64,000 nucleotides of DNA from assembly GCA_964450885.1 (NCBI GenBank), contig CAYVFE010000001.1, positions 374,572 to 438,571 of the forward strand, in the 5' to 3' direction. The notes below the pieces were generated by a model. It searched no databases. It saw only the letters and a list, made by a program, of their open reading frames with translations, and was not told the DNA's origin. Position 1 is the stretch's first letter. Every line of letters starts with the position of its first letter. This document shows positions 1 to 8,344 of the stretch, piece by piece. The position numbers and the translations under genes were made by a program. Source of the stretch: an uncultured Gammaproteobacteria bacterium. Its GTDB lineage: Bacteria > Patescibacteriota > Microgenomatia > Levybacterales > GWA1-39-11.

Positions 1-894
1 TTATTTTTAGTAATTTCTGGAGCACTTACGCTGGCAAGCATAATTGTACTTTTAGTCTTTGGATTAAAATTCTCTATCGATTTTACGGGTGGATCAAGGT
101 TAGAGGTCGTGCTTTCTGGAGATAGCGAAGATGTAAGAGCGAAAATAGAAGAAGTCTATGAAGAAAATGGCGTGAAATTAAATTCTATTCAGCAAACAGA
201 AAACGGTTATAGGGTAAGTTCTTCTGTTATAGATGAGCCCACCAGGGATAGAATAGTAGAAGAATTAGGAGCCCAAAGGCAAAGCTTCGAAGTTTTAGGA
301 CCAACAATTGGTGGAGAAACAAGGAATAGGGCTATTATAGCAGTGTTGATTGCAATCGCAGCCATTACTACTTATATAGCAATAGCTTTCTGGAAAAGTG
401 GTGGTATGATTTCTTCATGGAAATTTGGAATTTCTGCGATTACCGCACTCGCGCATGATGTCATAATAACACTAGGAGCGTTTTCATTATTTGGTTTATT
501 CTTTGGTGTAGAAGTTGATGCTTTATTTGTTACAGCGATACTTACGATTATTGGATTCTCTGTCCATGACACAATAGTTGTATTTGATAGAATCAGGGAA
601 AATATTAAGAATAATGTAAAAAAGACGCCCTTTGAAGAGATAGTTGGCAATTCCATAACAGAAACTCTTGGCAGATCTTTAAGTACTTCAATTTTGGTGC
701 TCTTAGTGCTTGTTGCGATGGTATTATTTGGTGGAGATAGTATCAGGTGGTTTGTGATGGCATTTATTATTGGAGTTATAGTTGGTGCTTATTCTTCTAT
801 CTTTATTGCATCACCGATATTAGTTGAATGGCACAATTTTGATAAAAATGGAGGCGTTTCTTCTTTGAAGAAAAAGTTGAGGAGTAAAAAATAG
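1..894 (+). CDS. secF: Protein translocase subunit SecF (5'-truncated by window edge)
   Basis: Frame is open from base 1 and reads GLKFSIDFTGGS (SecF N-terminal motif). It also has GPTIG, HDVIIT and GFSVHDTIVVFDRIREN motifs and several TM helices. Confidence 0.95.
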   Translation, partial: LFLVISGALTLASIIVLLVFGLKFSIDFTGGSRLEVVLSGDSEDVRAKIEEVYEENGVKLNSIQQTENGYRVSSSVIDEPTRDRIVEELGAQRQSFEVLGPTIGGETRNRAIIAVLIAIAAITTYIAIAFWKSGGMISSWKFGISAITALAHDVIITLGAFSLFGLFFGVEVDALFVTAILTIIGFSVHDTIVVFDRIRENIKNNVKKTPFEEIVGNSITETLGRSLSTSILVLLVLVAMVLFGGDSIRWFVMAFIIGVIVGAYSSIFIASPILVEWHNFDKNGGVSSLKKKLRSKK

Positions 895-895
895 T

Positions 896-1342
896 CTATC
901 CTAAATTTTCTTTTACGATTCTGTTCACTAAATTTCCATCTGCTTTGCCTTTGACTTGAGGCATGATGACTCCCATAAGTTTACCCATATCCTGCATTGA
1001 TGTTGCTCCAGTATCTTCTATCGCTTGGGATACGATTTTTACGATTTCTTCTTCACTCATTTGTTCTGGTTGATATTCATCCAATATGTCTAATTCTTTT
1101 TGCTCCTTCTCGGCCGATTCAGATCGCCCTGCATTTTTATATGCCTCGACCGCCTCTTTCCTTTTTTTGATCTCCCGACCGACTATTGTCAGAACATCCT
1201 CATCAGTTGCTTCATAGTTGAGCCCCTTTTCGATCTCGAAATTTTTTAAAGAAGCAAGTAGCAGGCGGAGCGTAGATGTCTTTAATTCATCCCTTGCAAA
1301 CATTGCTGTTTTTACATCCTGTTGGATTTTATCTTTTAACAT
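896..1342 (-). CDS. GatB/YqeY domain-containing protein
   Basis: 148 aa with LKDKIQQDVKTAM, REIKKRKEAVEAY and MQDMGKLMG...KGKADG, typical of YqeY. Confidence 0.92.
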   Translation of the reverse strand: MLKDKIQQDVKTAMFARDELKTSTLRLLLASLKNFEIEKGLNYEATDEDVLTIVGREIKKRKEAVEAYKNAGRSESAEKEQKELDILDEYQPEQMSEEEIVKIVSQAIEDTGATSMQDMGKLMGVIMPQVKGKADGNLVNRIVKENLG

Positions 1343-1349
1343 AACGGTA

Positions 1350-2717
1350 TTATACTTTATTTTTATATATTTCAGAAATTCGTTTCATAAGGTACTCTTT
1401 GTTATTTAGCTCAAGGTTTTCGTCGACTTCCTCAAAAAGCTTTTGAAGAATTATTCCGATATCTTTTCCAGGGGGTATATTAAGCTCTCGCATTATGTCG
1501 TTTCCATTTATGGCTAGGTCGTTAATAGAGAAAGGTGGGTTGAGCTGCTCAATTAGGCGTTCTTTGAATTTTTTAAGTCTCCAGCTTTCCGCAAACTGTG
1601 TTCCTCCTCCAAGCCTGTCACCAATCCGAAGATCCATCATGTCCTGCACATTTTCTACCCCTACGCGTCTGATGAAACGTCTTATTGCGCTATCGGTTAT
1701 ATGTTCATCGATTGTAAACATATGCCAGCGGATAAGTGTGTAAATTTTTTCACGCTGTTTTTTCGAGAAATGTAGCCTGTCTGCAATTTCTTTCGCAATT
1801 CTGGCACCGACTACTTCATGGTTATAAAAAATTACAAACCCATTCTCATCGGTTGCCGCGACTTCCGGCTTGCCTACGTCGTGTAAAAGTGTCGCAAATC
1901 TTACCAGAGGGTCTTGCGAGGTGCAAAATTTTAGCGACAGAACATTGTGAGTAAAGACATCATCTTTATGGTGCCTTCCTGGCCTTTGTTGAGAGACTCC
2001 TTTTCCTTTGGTTAGTTCCGGAAGAATTATCTCCAGTATTTTGACTTCATCCAGCATCATAACTCCCTCAAATGGGTGTTCGCTTGCCAGCATTTTCATA
2101 AGCTCCAGTCTTATTCGCTCACCAGAGATATGTGATATGAGTGAATTATGGTTTGTTATAGCTTTTTGGGTTTTGTCTTCGATGGTAAATGAAAATTGCG
2201 TTGCGAATCGAATTGCCCGAAGCATTCTTAGGGCATCTTCTTTAAATCTCTCCTCAGGATTTCCTACGGCTCTTATTATTTTGCTCTCCAAATCCTTGAG
2301 CCCGTTTTCATAGTCTATTAGGGTTTGATTTCCATTTTCGATTTTTATCGCAAGGGTGTTTATTGTAAAATCACGTCTTTTGACGTCTTCTTCCAGACTC
2401 TTACCCCATTCTACATTAGTTGGATGTCTGAAATTTTCAAAGCCTTGCTCGGTTCTGAAAGTAGTGATTTCGACAATTTTTTCCTCCCCGTCTTTTCCAA
2501 TAGGAACACCCACCGTCCCAAAAGAGTTGTCGTAAAAACTATCTGTAAAAACCTCTTGAACTTGTTCTGGGGTAGCATTTGTAGTTAGGTCCCAGTCTTT
2601 AACCGGGATTTTAAGTATAAGGTCTCTGACACATCCACCTATAAAATAGACTTCATATTTTGCATTAGCAAGTTTTTCATAGATGGAAATAATATCGTCA
2701 GGAATAAAGTATTTCAT
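1350..2717 (-). CDS. cca: CCA tRNA nucleotidyltransferase with HD domain
   Basis: GGCVRD, DWDLTT, RRDFTIN, EDALRMLRA and LLHDVGKP motifs. Start moved to ATG at 2717 (MKYFIPDD) because the longer ORF overlaps recJ. Both tRNAs in the window lack an encoded CCA. Confidence 0.88.
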   Translation of the reverse strand: MKYFIPDDIISIYEKLANAKYEVYFIGGCVRDLILKIPVKDWDLTTNATPEQVQEVFTDSFYDNSFGTVGVPIGKDGEEKIVEITTFRTEQGFENFRHPTNVEWGKSLEEDVKRRDFTINTLAIKIENGNQTLIDYENGLKDLESKIIRAVGNPEERFKEDALRMLRAIRFATQFSFTIEDKTQKAITNHNSLISHISGERIRLELMKMLASEHPFEGVMMLDEVKILEIILPELTKGKGVSQQRPGRHHKDDVFTHNVLSLKFCTSQDPLVRFATLLHDVGKPEVAATDENGFVIFYNHEVVGARIAKEIADRLHFSKKQREKIYTLIRWHMFTIDEHITDSAIRRFIRRVGVENVQDMMDLRIGDRLGGGTQFAESWRLKKFKERLIEQLNPPFSINDLAINGNDIMRELNIPPGKDIGIILQKLFEEVDENLELNNKEYLMKRISEIYKNKV

Positions 2718-2754
2718 GTGATAATATAAAGCGTCTCTTATTTCAAAGTATATC

Positions 2755-4386
2755 ATGAAAAAATGGAAGGTACTTAGCTCTCTTCGTAATATAACTTCAG
2801 AAAAAAGTGTTATCGACGAGCTTTTCAATCTGCGTAAAATTTCTGACAGGAAGAAATATTTAGAACCTAGAATAGAGGACATACGGTTAGAAGGCTCTGG
2901 GATTGATACGAAGGAGGTAAAGAAAGCAGTCAAGAGAGTAAATGAAGCAATCCAGAAGGGCGAGAAAATTATTATTTTGGGAGATTATGATGTTGATGGG
3001 ATTTGTGCATCTGCAATTCTATGGGAAACTATTTATAGCAAATACAAGAATATTTTTCCTTATATTCCTGATAGATTTACGCAAGGATATGGGATCTCAA
3101 AAAAAAGCATAGATAGTATATTTGAGAAATATCCTGACGTAAAGTTAATAATTACCGTAGACAATGGAATCGTAGCTGCAGATTCTGCTGATTATGTTGC
3201 CGAGAAAGGCGTAGATTTGATAATAACTGATCATCACCTAGGAGGAGAAGTTTTACCAAAAGCATCAGCGATAGTTCATACGACTGATCTTTGTGGAGCG
3301 GGAGTTTCCTGGATACTCGCCCGGGAGTTAAATTTTATTTCGGAGGATGAAATAAATAAAAAGCTGGAACTTGCATGTCTTGCGACTATAGCTGACCTGG
3401 TGCCGCTAACCGGACTCAATCGTTTAGTTGTCAAATTCGGATTGAATTACTTACGCAACACTAAAAGGGTAGGGCTAAGTGAACTGATTCAAATTTCAGG
3501 AATAGATAAGAAGAATATAGGTACGTATCAAATAGGTCATATGATAGGTCCGCGTTTGAATGCTAGCGGAAGGGTTGGTCATGCTATAGAAAGTCTTCGT
3601 TTGATTTGTACAAATGATAAGAATTATGCTCAAAATGCTGCTCTACTTTTGGAGAACACGAATAAAATTCGGCAAAAAATGGTTTTGGATTCTATGCAGC
3701 ATGCCGATCTTTCTATGATTACAGATGACAACTCCACAAAGATAGTAGCTGTGTATCACGAGAGCTACTCGGAGGGAATCGTAGGGCTTTTAGCATCCAG
3801 ACTGGTTGAAAAAAATTACAAACCCTCCTTTGCTATTTCTGTAAAGAGTGAGATTTCGAAAGGATCGGCGCGTAGCATAAGTGGCGTAAATATAGTAGAG
3901 ATGTTGAGATCTGTCTCAACAAAGCTTTTGGAGGTTGGTGGGCATCCGATGGCTGCGGGCTTCTCCGTAAAGACCGAAAAGATTGAAGAGCTCATAGAAG
4001 CTTTAAGCAATGAGTCAGAAAAAATCCCAGACCATGCATTCGAAAGGGAAATAAAGATAGATATGGAAATTCCTTTAAGTATAGTAACAGAATCTTTGTT
4101 TGAAAAGATTCAAGGGCTGTCACCATTCGGGATGGGAAATCCCGAACCAGTTTTTCTCGCGAGGAATGTAAAAATAATTTCAACCAACAGGATAGGCAAA
4201 GATAGTAGTCATCTAAAACTTATTCTCGACTCGGGGGGAAAGAAAATAGAGGCGATAGGATTTGGTATGGGAGACCTGGAGGTCGAGAAAAACGATAAAG
4301 GAGATGTGGTCTTTACAATAGATGTAAATATTTGGCGCGAAAGGAAAACTTTACAGCTTAAGATAAAAGATTTGAAGAAGATTTAG
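2755..4386 (+). CDS. recJ: Single-stranded-DNA-specific exonuclease RecJ
   Basis: GDYDVDG, ITVDNG, TDHH, TIADLVPL, PRLNASGR, GSARS, GGHPMAAG and PFGMGNPEP motifs. Confidence 0.96.
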   Translation: MKKWKVLSSLRNITSEKSVIDELFNLRKISDRKKYLEPRIEDIRLEGSGIDTKEVKKAVKRVNEAIQKGEKIIILGDYDVDGICASAILWETIYSKYKNIFPYIPDRFTQGYGISKKSIDSIFEKYPDVKLIITVDNGIVAADSADYVAEKGVDLIITDHHLGGEVLPKASAIVHTTDLCGAGVSWILARELNFISEDEINKKLELACLATIADLVPLTGLNRLVVKFGLNYLRNTKRVGLSELIQISGIDKKNIGTYQIGHMIGPRLNASGRVGHAIESLRLICTNDKNYAQNAALLLENTNKIRQKMVLDSMQHADLSMITDDNSTKIVAVYHESYSEGIVGLLASRLVEKNYKPSFAISVKSEISKGSARSISGVNIVEMLRSVSTKLLEVGGHPMAAGFSVKTEKIEELIEALSNESEKIPDHAFEREIKIDMEIPLSIVTESLFEKIQGLSPFGMGNPEPVFLARNVKIISTNRIGKDSSHLKLILDSGGKKIEAIGFGMGDLEVEKNDKGDVVFTIDVNIWRERKTLQLKIKDLKKI

Positions 4387-4772
4387 AGATTATAATCTAT
4401 CCCGCTATTCATTGACTGTTCTATTGATGGACGCTCTGTGCTTATATCCATCATGACAGATTCTGTCTGTTTTCTGCTTGCGATCATCCTCGTTGCGATT
4501 CGCAAGATTTCTGGTGGAGCTTCCTCCGGCGTTATGCCACGTCTGCCAAATAGATTGTCCAGGAGCTCACGTGCTCTGCCTTCTTGGGGAATAATAACTT
4601 CTTCAGGGGTAGCACTCGAGACTCTATCAGGCTCAATTATACATGGATTCTCCCTTAGTTCCCTTTCAGTTGCCAAAAGAGTTTCTTTGTCAATCTCCCT
4701 TGGGTCAACACCATTATTGATAAAATATGCTGTTGCTTCATCTATTTGGTATCTTTGGTGCTCTGTGTTCAT
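4383..4772 (-). CDS. Hypothetical protein with two copies of an F-x3-G-[VI]-x-P-x-E-x3-E-x-L-x4-R motif
   Basis: 129-aa ORF with its own promoter and leader, a GGGAG SD-like element upstream, and an internal repeat (FINNGVDPREIDKETLLATER vs FGRRGITPEEAPPEILRIATR). Confidence 0.65.
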   Translation of the reverse strand: MNTEHQRYQIDEATAYFINNGVDPREIDKETLLATERELRENPCIIEPDRVSSATPEEVIIPQEGRARELLDNLFGRRGITPEEAPPEILRIATRMIASRKQTESVMMDISTERPSIEQSMNSGIDYNL

Positions 4773-4776
4773 AAAT

Positions 4777-4807
4777 AAAAAAACTCCCTTTGTTAAATTG
4801 GGAGTTT
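4777..4807 (-). terminator. Intrinsic terminator-like hairpin in the 5' leader of the 4383-4772 gene
   Basis: Minus strand reads AAACTCCC-aatttaacaaa-GGGAGTTT-TTTT, ending 4 nt before the ATG. Confidence 0.7.
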
Positions 4808-4836
4808 CTGTAATATTCTTTTCTACTACAGAATCC

Positions 4837-4890
4837 CTAGGCCGTAAAGGCTTTAGAGAGTCTTATAATATTGTGTAGATTAGAATTCAT
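4837..4890 (-). CDS. Putative leader peptide (uORF) MNSNLHNIIRLSKAFTA
   Basis: ATG at 4890 to TAG at 4837, lying between a consensus promoter and the antiterminator/terminator hairpins. Confidence 0.5.
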   Translation of the reverse strand: MNSNLHNIIRLSKAFTA

Positions 4891-4903
4891 AGTAACAAAT
4901 TCG

Positions 4904-4932
4904 AGTATACGACTAGGGTAATATATTGTCAA
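4904..4932 (-). promoter_or_regulatory. Sigma70-type promoter TTGACA-17-TATACT
   Basis: Minus strand reads TTGACA atatattaccctagtcg TATACT, with an exact 17-nt spacer. Confidence 0.75.
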
Positions 4933-4984
4933 TACTAATGATGAGTGGGGAAATTTAGGTTCATTTATGATATTATACATAAAT

Positions 4985-6337
4985 ATGAATGAGCAAAGAA
5001 TTCTTGCAGTTGAAGCAAATAATAAAATAGACGAGGAAGTTTTGATAAAAGGATTTCTCCAAAGAATAAGACTCCATGGAAAGGTTGCCTTTTTTGACCT
5101 CAGAGATAGGTCGGGTATTATTCAAGTAGTTACAACAGATGAAAAGGTTATAGCAGAGTTGGGAAGCCTTCAAGTGCAGTCAGTTGTGGAATTCAAAGGG
5201 AGAGTAAAGGAAAGAGGAGAGAGATATAAAAACGCGAATTTGCCTACAGGGAACATCGAGATAGAAATCACATCTGATTTTGAAGTTCTTTCTAAAGCTG
5301 CCGAAATGCCTTTTGATATGGGTGTGGAAGAATTAAACCTACAACTACCTACTCTCCTTGACTATAGAACTCTGGTGTTAAGAAACAAAAAAATAGCTGA
5401 TATATTTCGTGTGCAGGCATCAATCCTAAAGGGTTTTAGGCAAGCGGCAGAAAGCAAGAATGCTATCGAGATAGTTGTTCCTACAATATCTGCATCTGCG
5501 ACTGAGGGTGGAGCAGAGGTTTTCCCAGTCAAATATTATGATTACGATGCATATTTGACTCAAAGTCCGCAACTCTATAAGCAGATGATGGTGCCGATAT
5601 TCGAAAGAGTGTATACAATCGCTCACGCATACCGTGCAGAGCCATCAGTGACCACGCGTCATCTATCAGAGAATACTCAGATGGATATGGAGATTGGTTT
5701 CGTGCAGTTTTCAGAACTATTGGATATATTAGAGCAGGTAATAGTTGATACGCTCAAATTTGCGGAAGAGGAAAATAAAGAAATACTTTCTGACTTTCGA
5801 ATAAAAGAGATAGCATTTGGGAGCATTCCCAGATTGAAATTATCTGAGGCGCAGGAAATTATCTACAAAGAATTTGGAAGAGACGTTAGGGGGGAGAAGG
5901 ATCTGGGTTCTCAAGATGAAGTTGACATTTGTGAATGGGCATTAAAGAACCATAATTCAGATCTTGTAACGATTACTCACTTCCCGACATTCAAAAGAGC
6001 TTTTTATACGATGCCTGATCCTGACGATCAGGAACTGAGCTTATCATTTGATATATTATTTAGAGGGGTAGAGATCTCTAGTGGAAGTCAGAGAATTAGT
6101 GACTATAACCAGCTGATTGAGGCGATTAAGAGTAGGGGGATGAATCCCGATAATTTTGCATTGTACCTTCAGGCTTTTTTGTATGGGATGCCTGCGGAGG
6201 GTGGGTTTTCATTTGGACTCGAGAGGATCACGATGCATATGTTAAATCTTGCGAATGTTAGGGAAGCTTCGCTTTTCCCTAGAGACATGGAAAGAGTGGA
6301 TGTCCGCCTCAAAAAAAACCAGCAAAAAGAAAGTTAG
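4985..6337 (+). CDS. aspS: Aspartate--tRNA ligase, archaeal/AspRS2 type, probably non-discriminating
   Basis: OB fold (RLHGKVAFFDLRDRSG), ATEGGAEVF, LTQSPQLYKQ, YRAEPS...RHLSE and GGFSFGLER. No bacterial GAD insertion (~450 aa). Start could be 4967 or 4985. Confidence 0.88.
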   Translation: MNEQRILAVEANNKIDEEVLIKGFLQRIRLHGKVAFFDLRDRSGIIQVVTTDEKVIAELGSLQVQSVVEFKGRVKERGERYKNANLPTGNIEIEITSDFEVLSKAAEMPFDMGVEELNLQLPTLLDYRTLVLRNKKIADIFRVQASILKGFRQAAESKNAIEIVVPTISASATEGGAEVFPVKYYDYDAYLTQSPQLYKQMMVPIFERVYTIAHAYRAEPSVTTRHLSENTQMDMEIGFVQFSELLDILEQVIVDTLKFAEEENKEILSDFRIKEIAFGSIPRLKLSEAQEIIYKEFGRDVRGEKDLGSQDEVDICEWALKNHNSDLVTITHFPTFKRAFYTMPDPDDQELSLSFDILFRGVEISSGSQRISDYNQLIEAIKSRGMNPDNFALYLQAFLYGMPAEGGFSFGLERITMHMLNLANVREASLFPRDMERVDVRLKKNQQKES

Positions 6338-7262
6338 TCTAAATTCTAAAATTAGTGGGAGCAAGATTTACTACTCGTTTTTTTTACTTTTCTTTGCAAA
6401 TGTCATAGTTTTTTCTTTCTTTGCATATTTCATTCATAGGCTTTACGCGAGCAAAATTGATGTATTTGGTAGACAGCAAATGCAAGTTGTTTCTATTCCG
6501 AAGCTAGATGTTTCTAGCGAGATTGAAGTCACTGCAGCCTCATATATAGTTTATGATCCTCTGACCAGAACTGTTGTTCTTTCAAAAAATCCCAACATGC
6601 GTCTTTCGCCTGCCTCATCTATAAAAATACTAACGGCACTTGTTGCGCTTGATCAGTACGATTTGAATTCTTACTTAAGCGGCATCAGCGCGTCATACGA
6701 TGAATCCAAGATGGGCCTTTATATAGGTGAAGAAATAAGTGTGGAAAATCTTTTGTACGGCTTACTTCTTATTTCTGGAAATGATGCAGCAAAAACCCTG
6801 GCGCAAAACTATCCGGGTGGATCAGATGCCTTCGTAAAAGCAATGAACAACAAAGCGTTTGATCTAAAACTTACGGAGTCGATGTTTTTTGATCCCAGTG
6901 GATATTTGGACAATAATTATTCTACAGCTTTCGATATGGCAAGGCTTGGTTCATATGCTATGAAGAATGGAAAAATAAGAGAAATAGTTGGAACAAAAAA
7001 TAAAGTAGTTTTTGATAGGTATGGGCTTACTGTACATCCGTTAATCAATCTAAATGAGCTTTTGAATGATAGGAACGTAACAGGGATAAAAACAGGATTT
7101 ACAAACGAAGCGGGAGGAGTTTTATTAACTAGCTATGTGCATTCAGGACGCGAAATTATAATTGTTGTAATGAAAAGTGAAGACCGTTTTTCAGACACAA
7201 GAAAGATAATAAGTGAAGTAGAAGATAAAATTTATTATTCTGAGGTGCCTTCAGGCGTTTGA
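6300..7262 (+). CDS. D-alanyl-D-alanine carboxypeptidase (peptidase S11)
   Basis: N-terminal TM, SxxK (PASSIK), SxN (SGND) and KTG (KTGFT) motifs. Start set at ATG 6300. Confidence 0.9.
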   Translation: MSASKKTSKKKVSLNSKISGSKIYYSFFLLFFANVIVFSFFAYFIHRLYASKIDVFGRQQMQVVSIPKLDVSSEIEVTAASYIVYDPLTRTVVLSKNPNMRLSPASSIKILTALVALDQYDLNSYLSGISASYDESKMGLYIGEEISVENLLYGLLLISGNDAAKTLAQNYPGGSDAFVKAMNNKAFDLKLTESMFFDPSGYLDNNYSTAFDMARLGSYAMKNGKIREIVGTKNKVVFDRYGLTVHPLINLNELLNDRNVTGIKTGFTNEAGGVLLTSYVHSGREIIIVVMKSEDRFSDTRKIISEVEDKIYYSEVPSGV

Positions 7263-8302
7263 GAGATTTTTTCAACTGCAGGAACAATTCCTCTAGCGTT
7301 TATCCCTTCGAAAACATATACAGGCTGTGCGAACTCGGTGGTGTTTTTATCAAGATAATAAGCAAGGTAGGCATTGGTTATCTGTATGGACGTCAAGTTT
7401 TCAGGGTTATATAAGTATCCGTTACCAGCTTTTAAATCTTCAAATGCTTTTCCTACACCCTTTACTGGATAGTCTGATGATTCTTCAGTTAGTCTGTGAT
7501 TATAAGAGTGTCCATCGAGTACGATCATTCTTGATGAGGAAGGATAGGAAACAAGAAGTGACACATTCGGAAATTCTGGATTCGGATAAATAAACGGATA
7601 GTTGCCCAACTCGTTCTCAATATTATTATTATAAAGGCTGACGCGGATAGCCTTTGCATTAAAGACATTATCAACTTGAGTGAGTGTATTTCCTGAAAGA
7701 GTATAGTATTTTAGGCTGTCATCGGTATAAGCTAGACCATCAAGATTCACCTGCAGGGAGCGCAATATGTCATTTACGTTCTTTTGAATCCTTTCTTCAT
7801 CAGGAAAGATTGGGTTTGCAAACAGATCTTGATTCGAGAGAAAATTTGATCTTATTTCAAAAGTTTTATAATTTATGTCGAATTGAATTGTGGCGTTCGT
7901 AGAGGGATTTGACCATTGATAGACCGTGTCTGAAACCTTTATTTCTTGCTGATTGAATCCGGCTATCGAGGTCGATGATCTGACATTTTGTAGTGCCAGC
8001 AAGTCAGGTTTTGGCTGGTCTATTTTATAGACAAACATTTTACTAGGTAGATTTGTAGGTAGTTCTCCAGAAACTGTATTAATTTGATAATCTATCGTAG
8101 ACGAAGCATTTTGATCGAATATTATTTGCGGTAGGTCTCCAAAGGCTTGCTTTGGTGCATCAGGAGCAGCTGGGAAAAGCATGTTTTTGACGAATACCCC
8201 TCCCATGATCAATAGATAAACTCCAAATAGACCTGCAGCTATTATTGCTGCAATTTTTAGCACAGATCTTAGTTTTTCCGTAGTTCCCGCAAGAGAGCTC
8301 AT
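7235..8302 (-). CDS. Hypothetical membrane-anchored extracytoplasmic protein
   Basis: 355 aa with one N-terminal TM helix. TATACT lies 7 nt before the ATG. C-terminus reads LAYYLD...QPVYVFEG...IVPAV. Confidence 0.8.
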   Translation of the reverse strand: MSSLAGTTEKLRSVLKIAAIIAAGLFGVYLLIMGGVFVKNMLFPAAPDAPKQAFGDLPQIIFDQNASSTIDYQINTVSGELPTNLPSKMFVYKIDQPKPDLLALQNVRSSTSIAGFNQQEIKVSDTVYQWSNPSTNATIQFDINYKTFEIRSNFLSNQDLFANPIFPDEERIQKNVNDILRSLQVNLDGLAYTDDSLKYYTLSGNTLTQVDNVFNAKAIRVSLYNNNIENELGNYPFIYPNPEFPNVSLLVSYPSSSRMIVLDGHSYNHRLTEESSDYPVKGVGKAFEDLKAGNGYLYNPENLTSIQITNAYLAYYLDKNTTEFAQPVYVFEGINARGIVPAVEKISQTPEGTSE

Positions 8303-8344
8303 TATCTTGAGTATAGGTAAATATTAGGTTAAAATGCAATAGTT

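Noticed and set aside
2718-2933. 72-aa N-terminal extension of the CCA enzyme in the ORF track
   Set aside because: It overlaps recJ on the opposite strand and has no family motif; ATG 2717 gives a normal-length enzyme.
4438-4878. 146-aa plus-strand ORF antisense to the orphan gene
   Set aside because: It looks like a shadow frame; the minus strand carries the promoter, leader and internal repeat.
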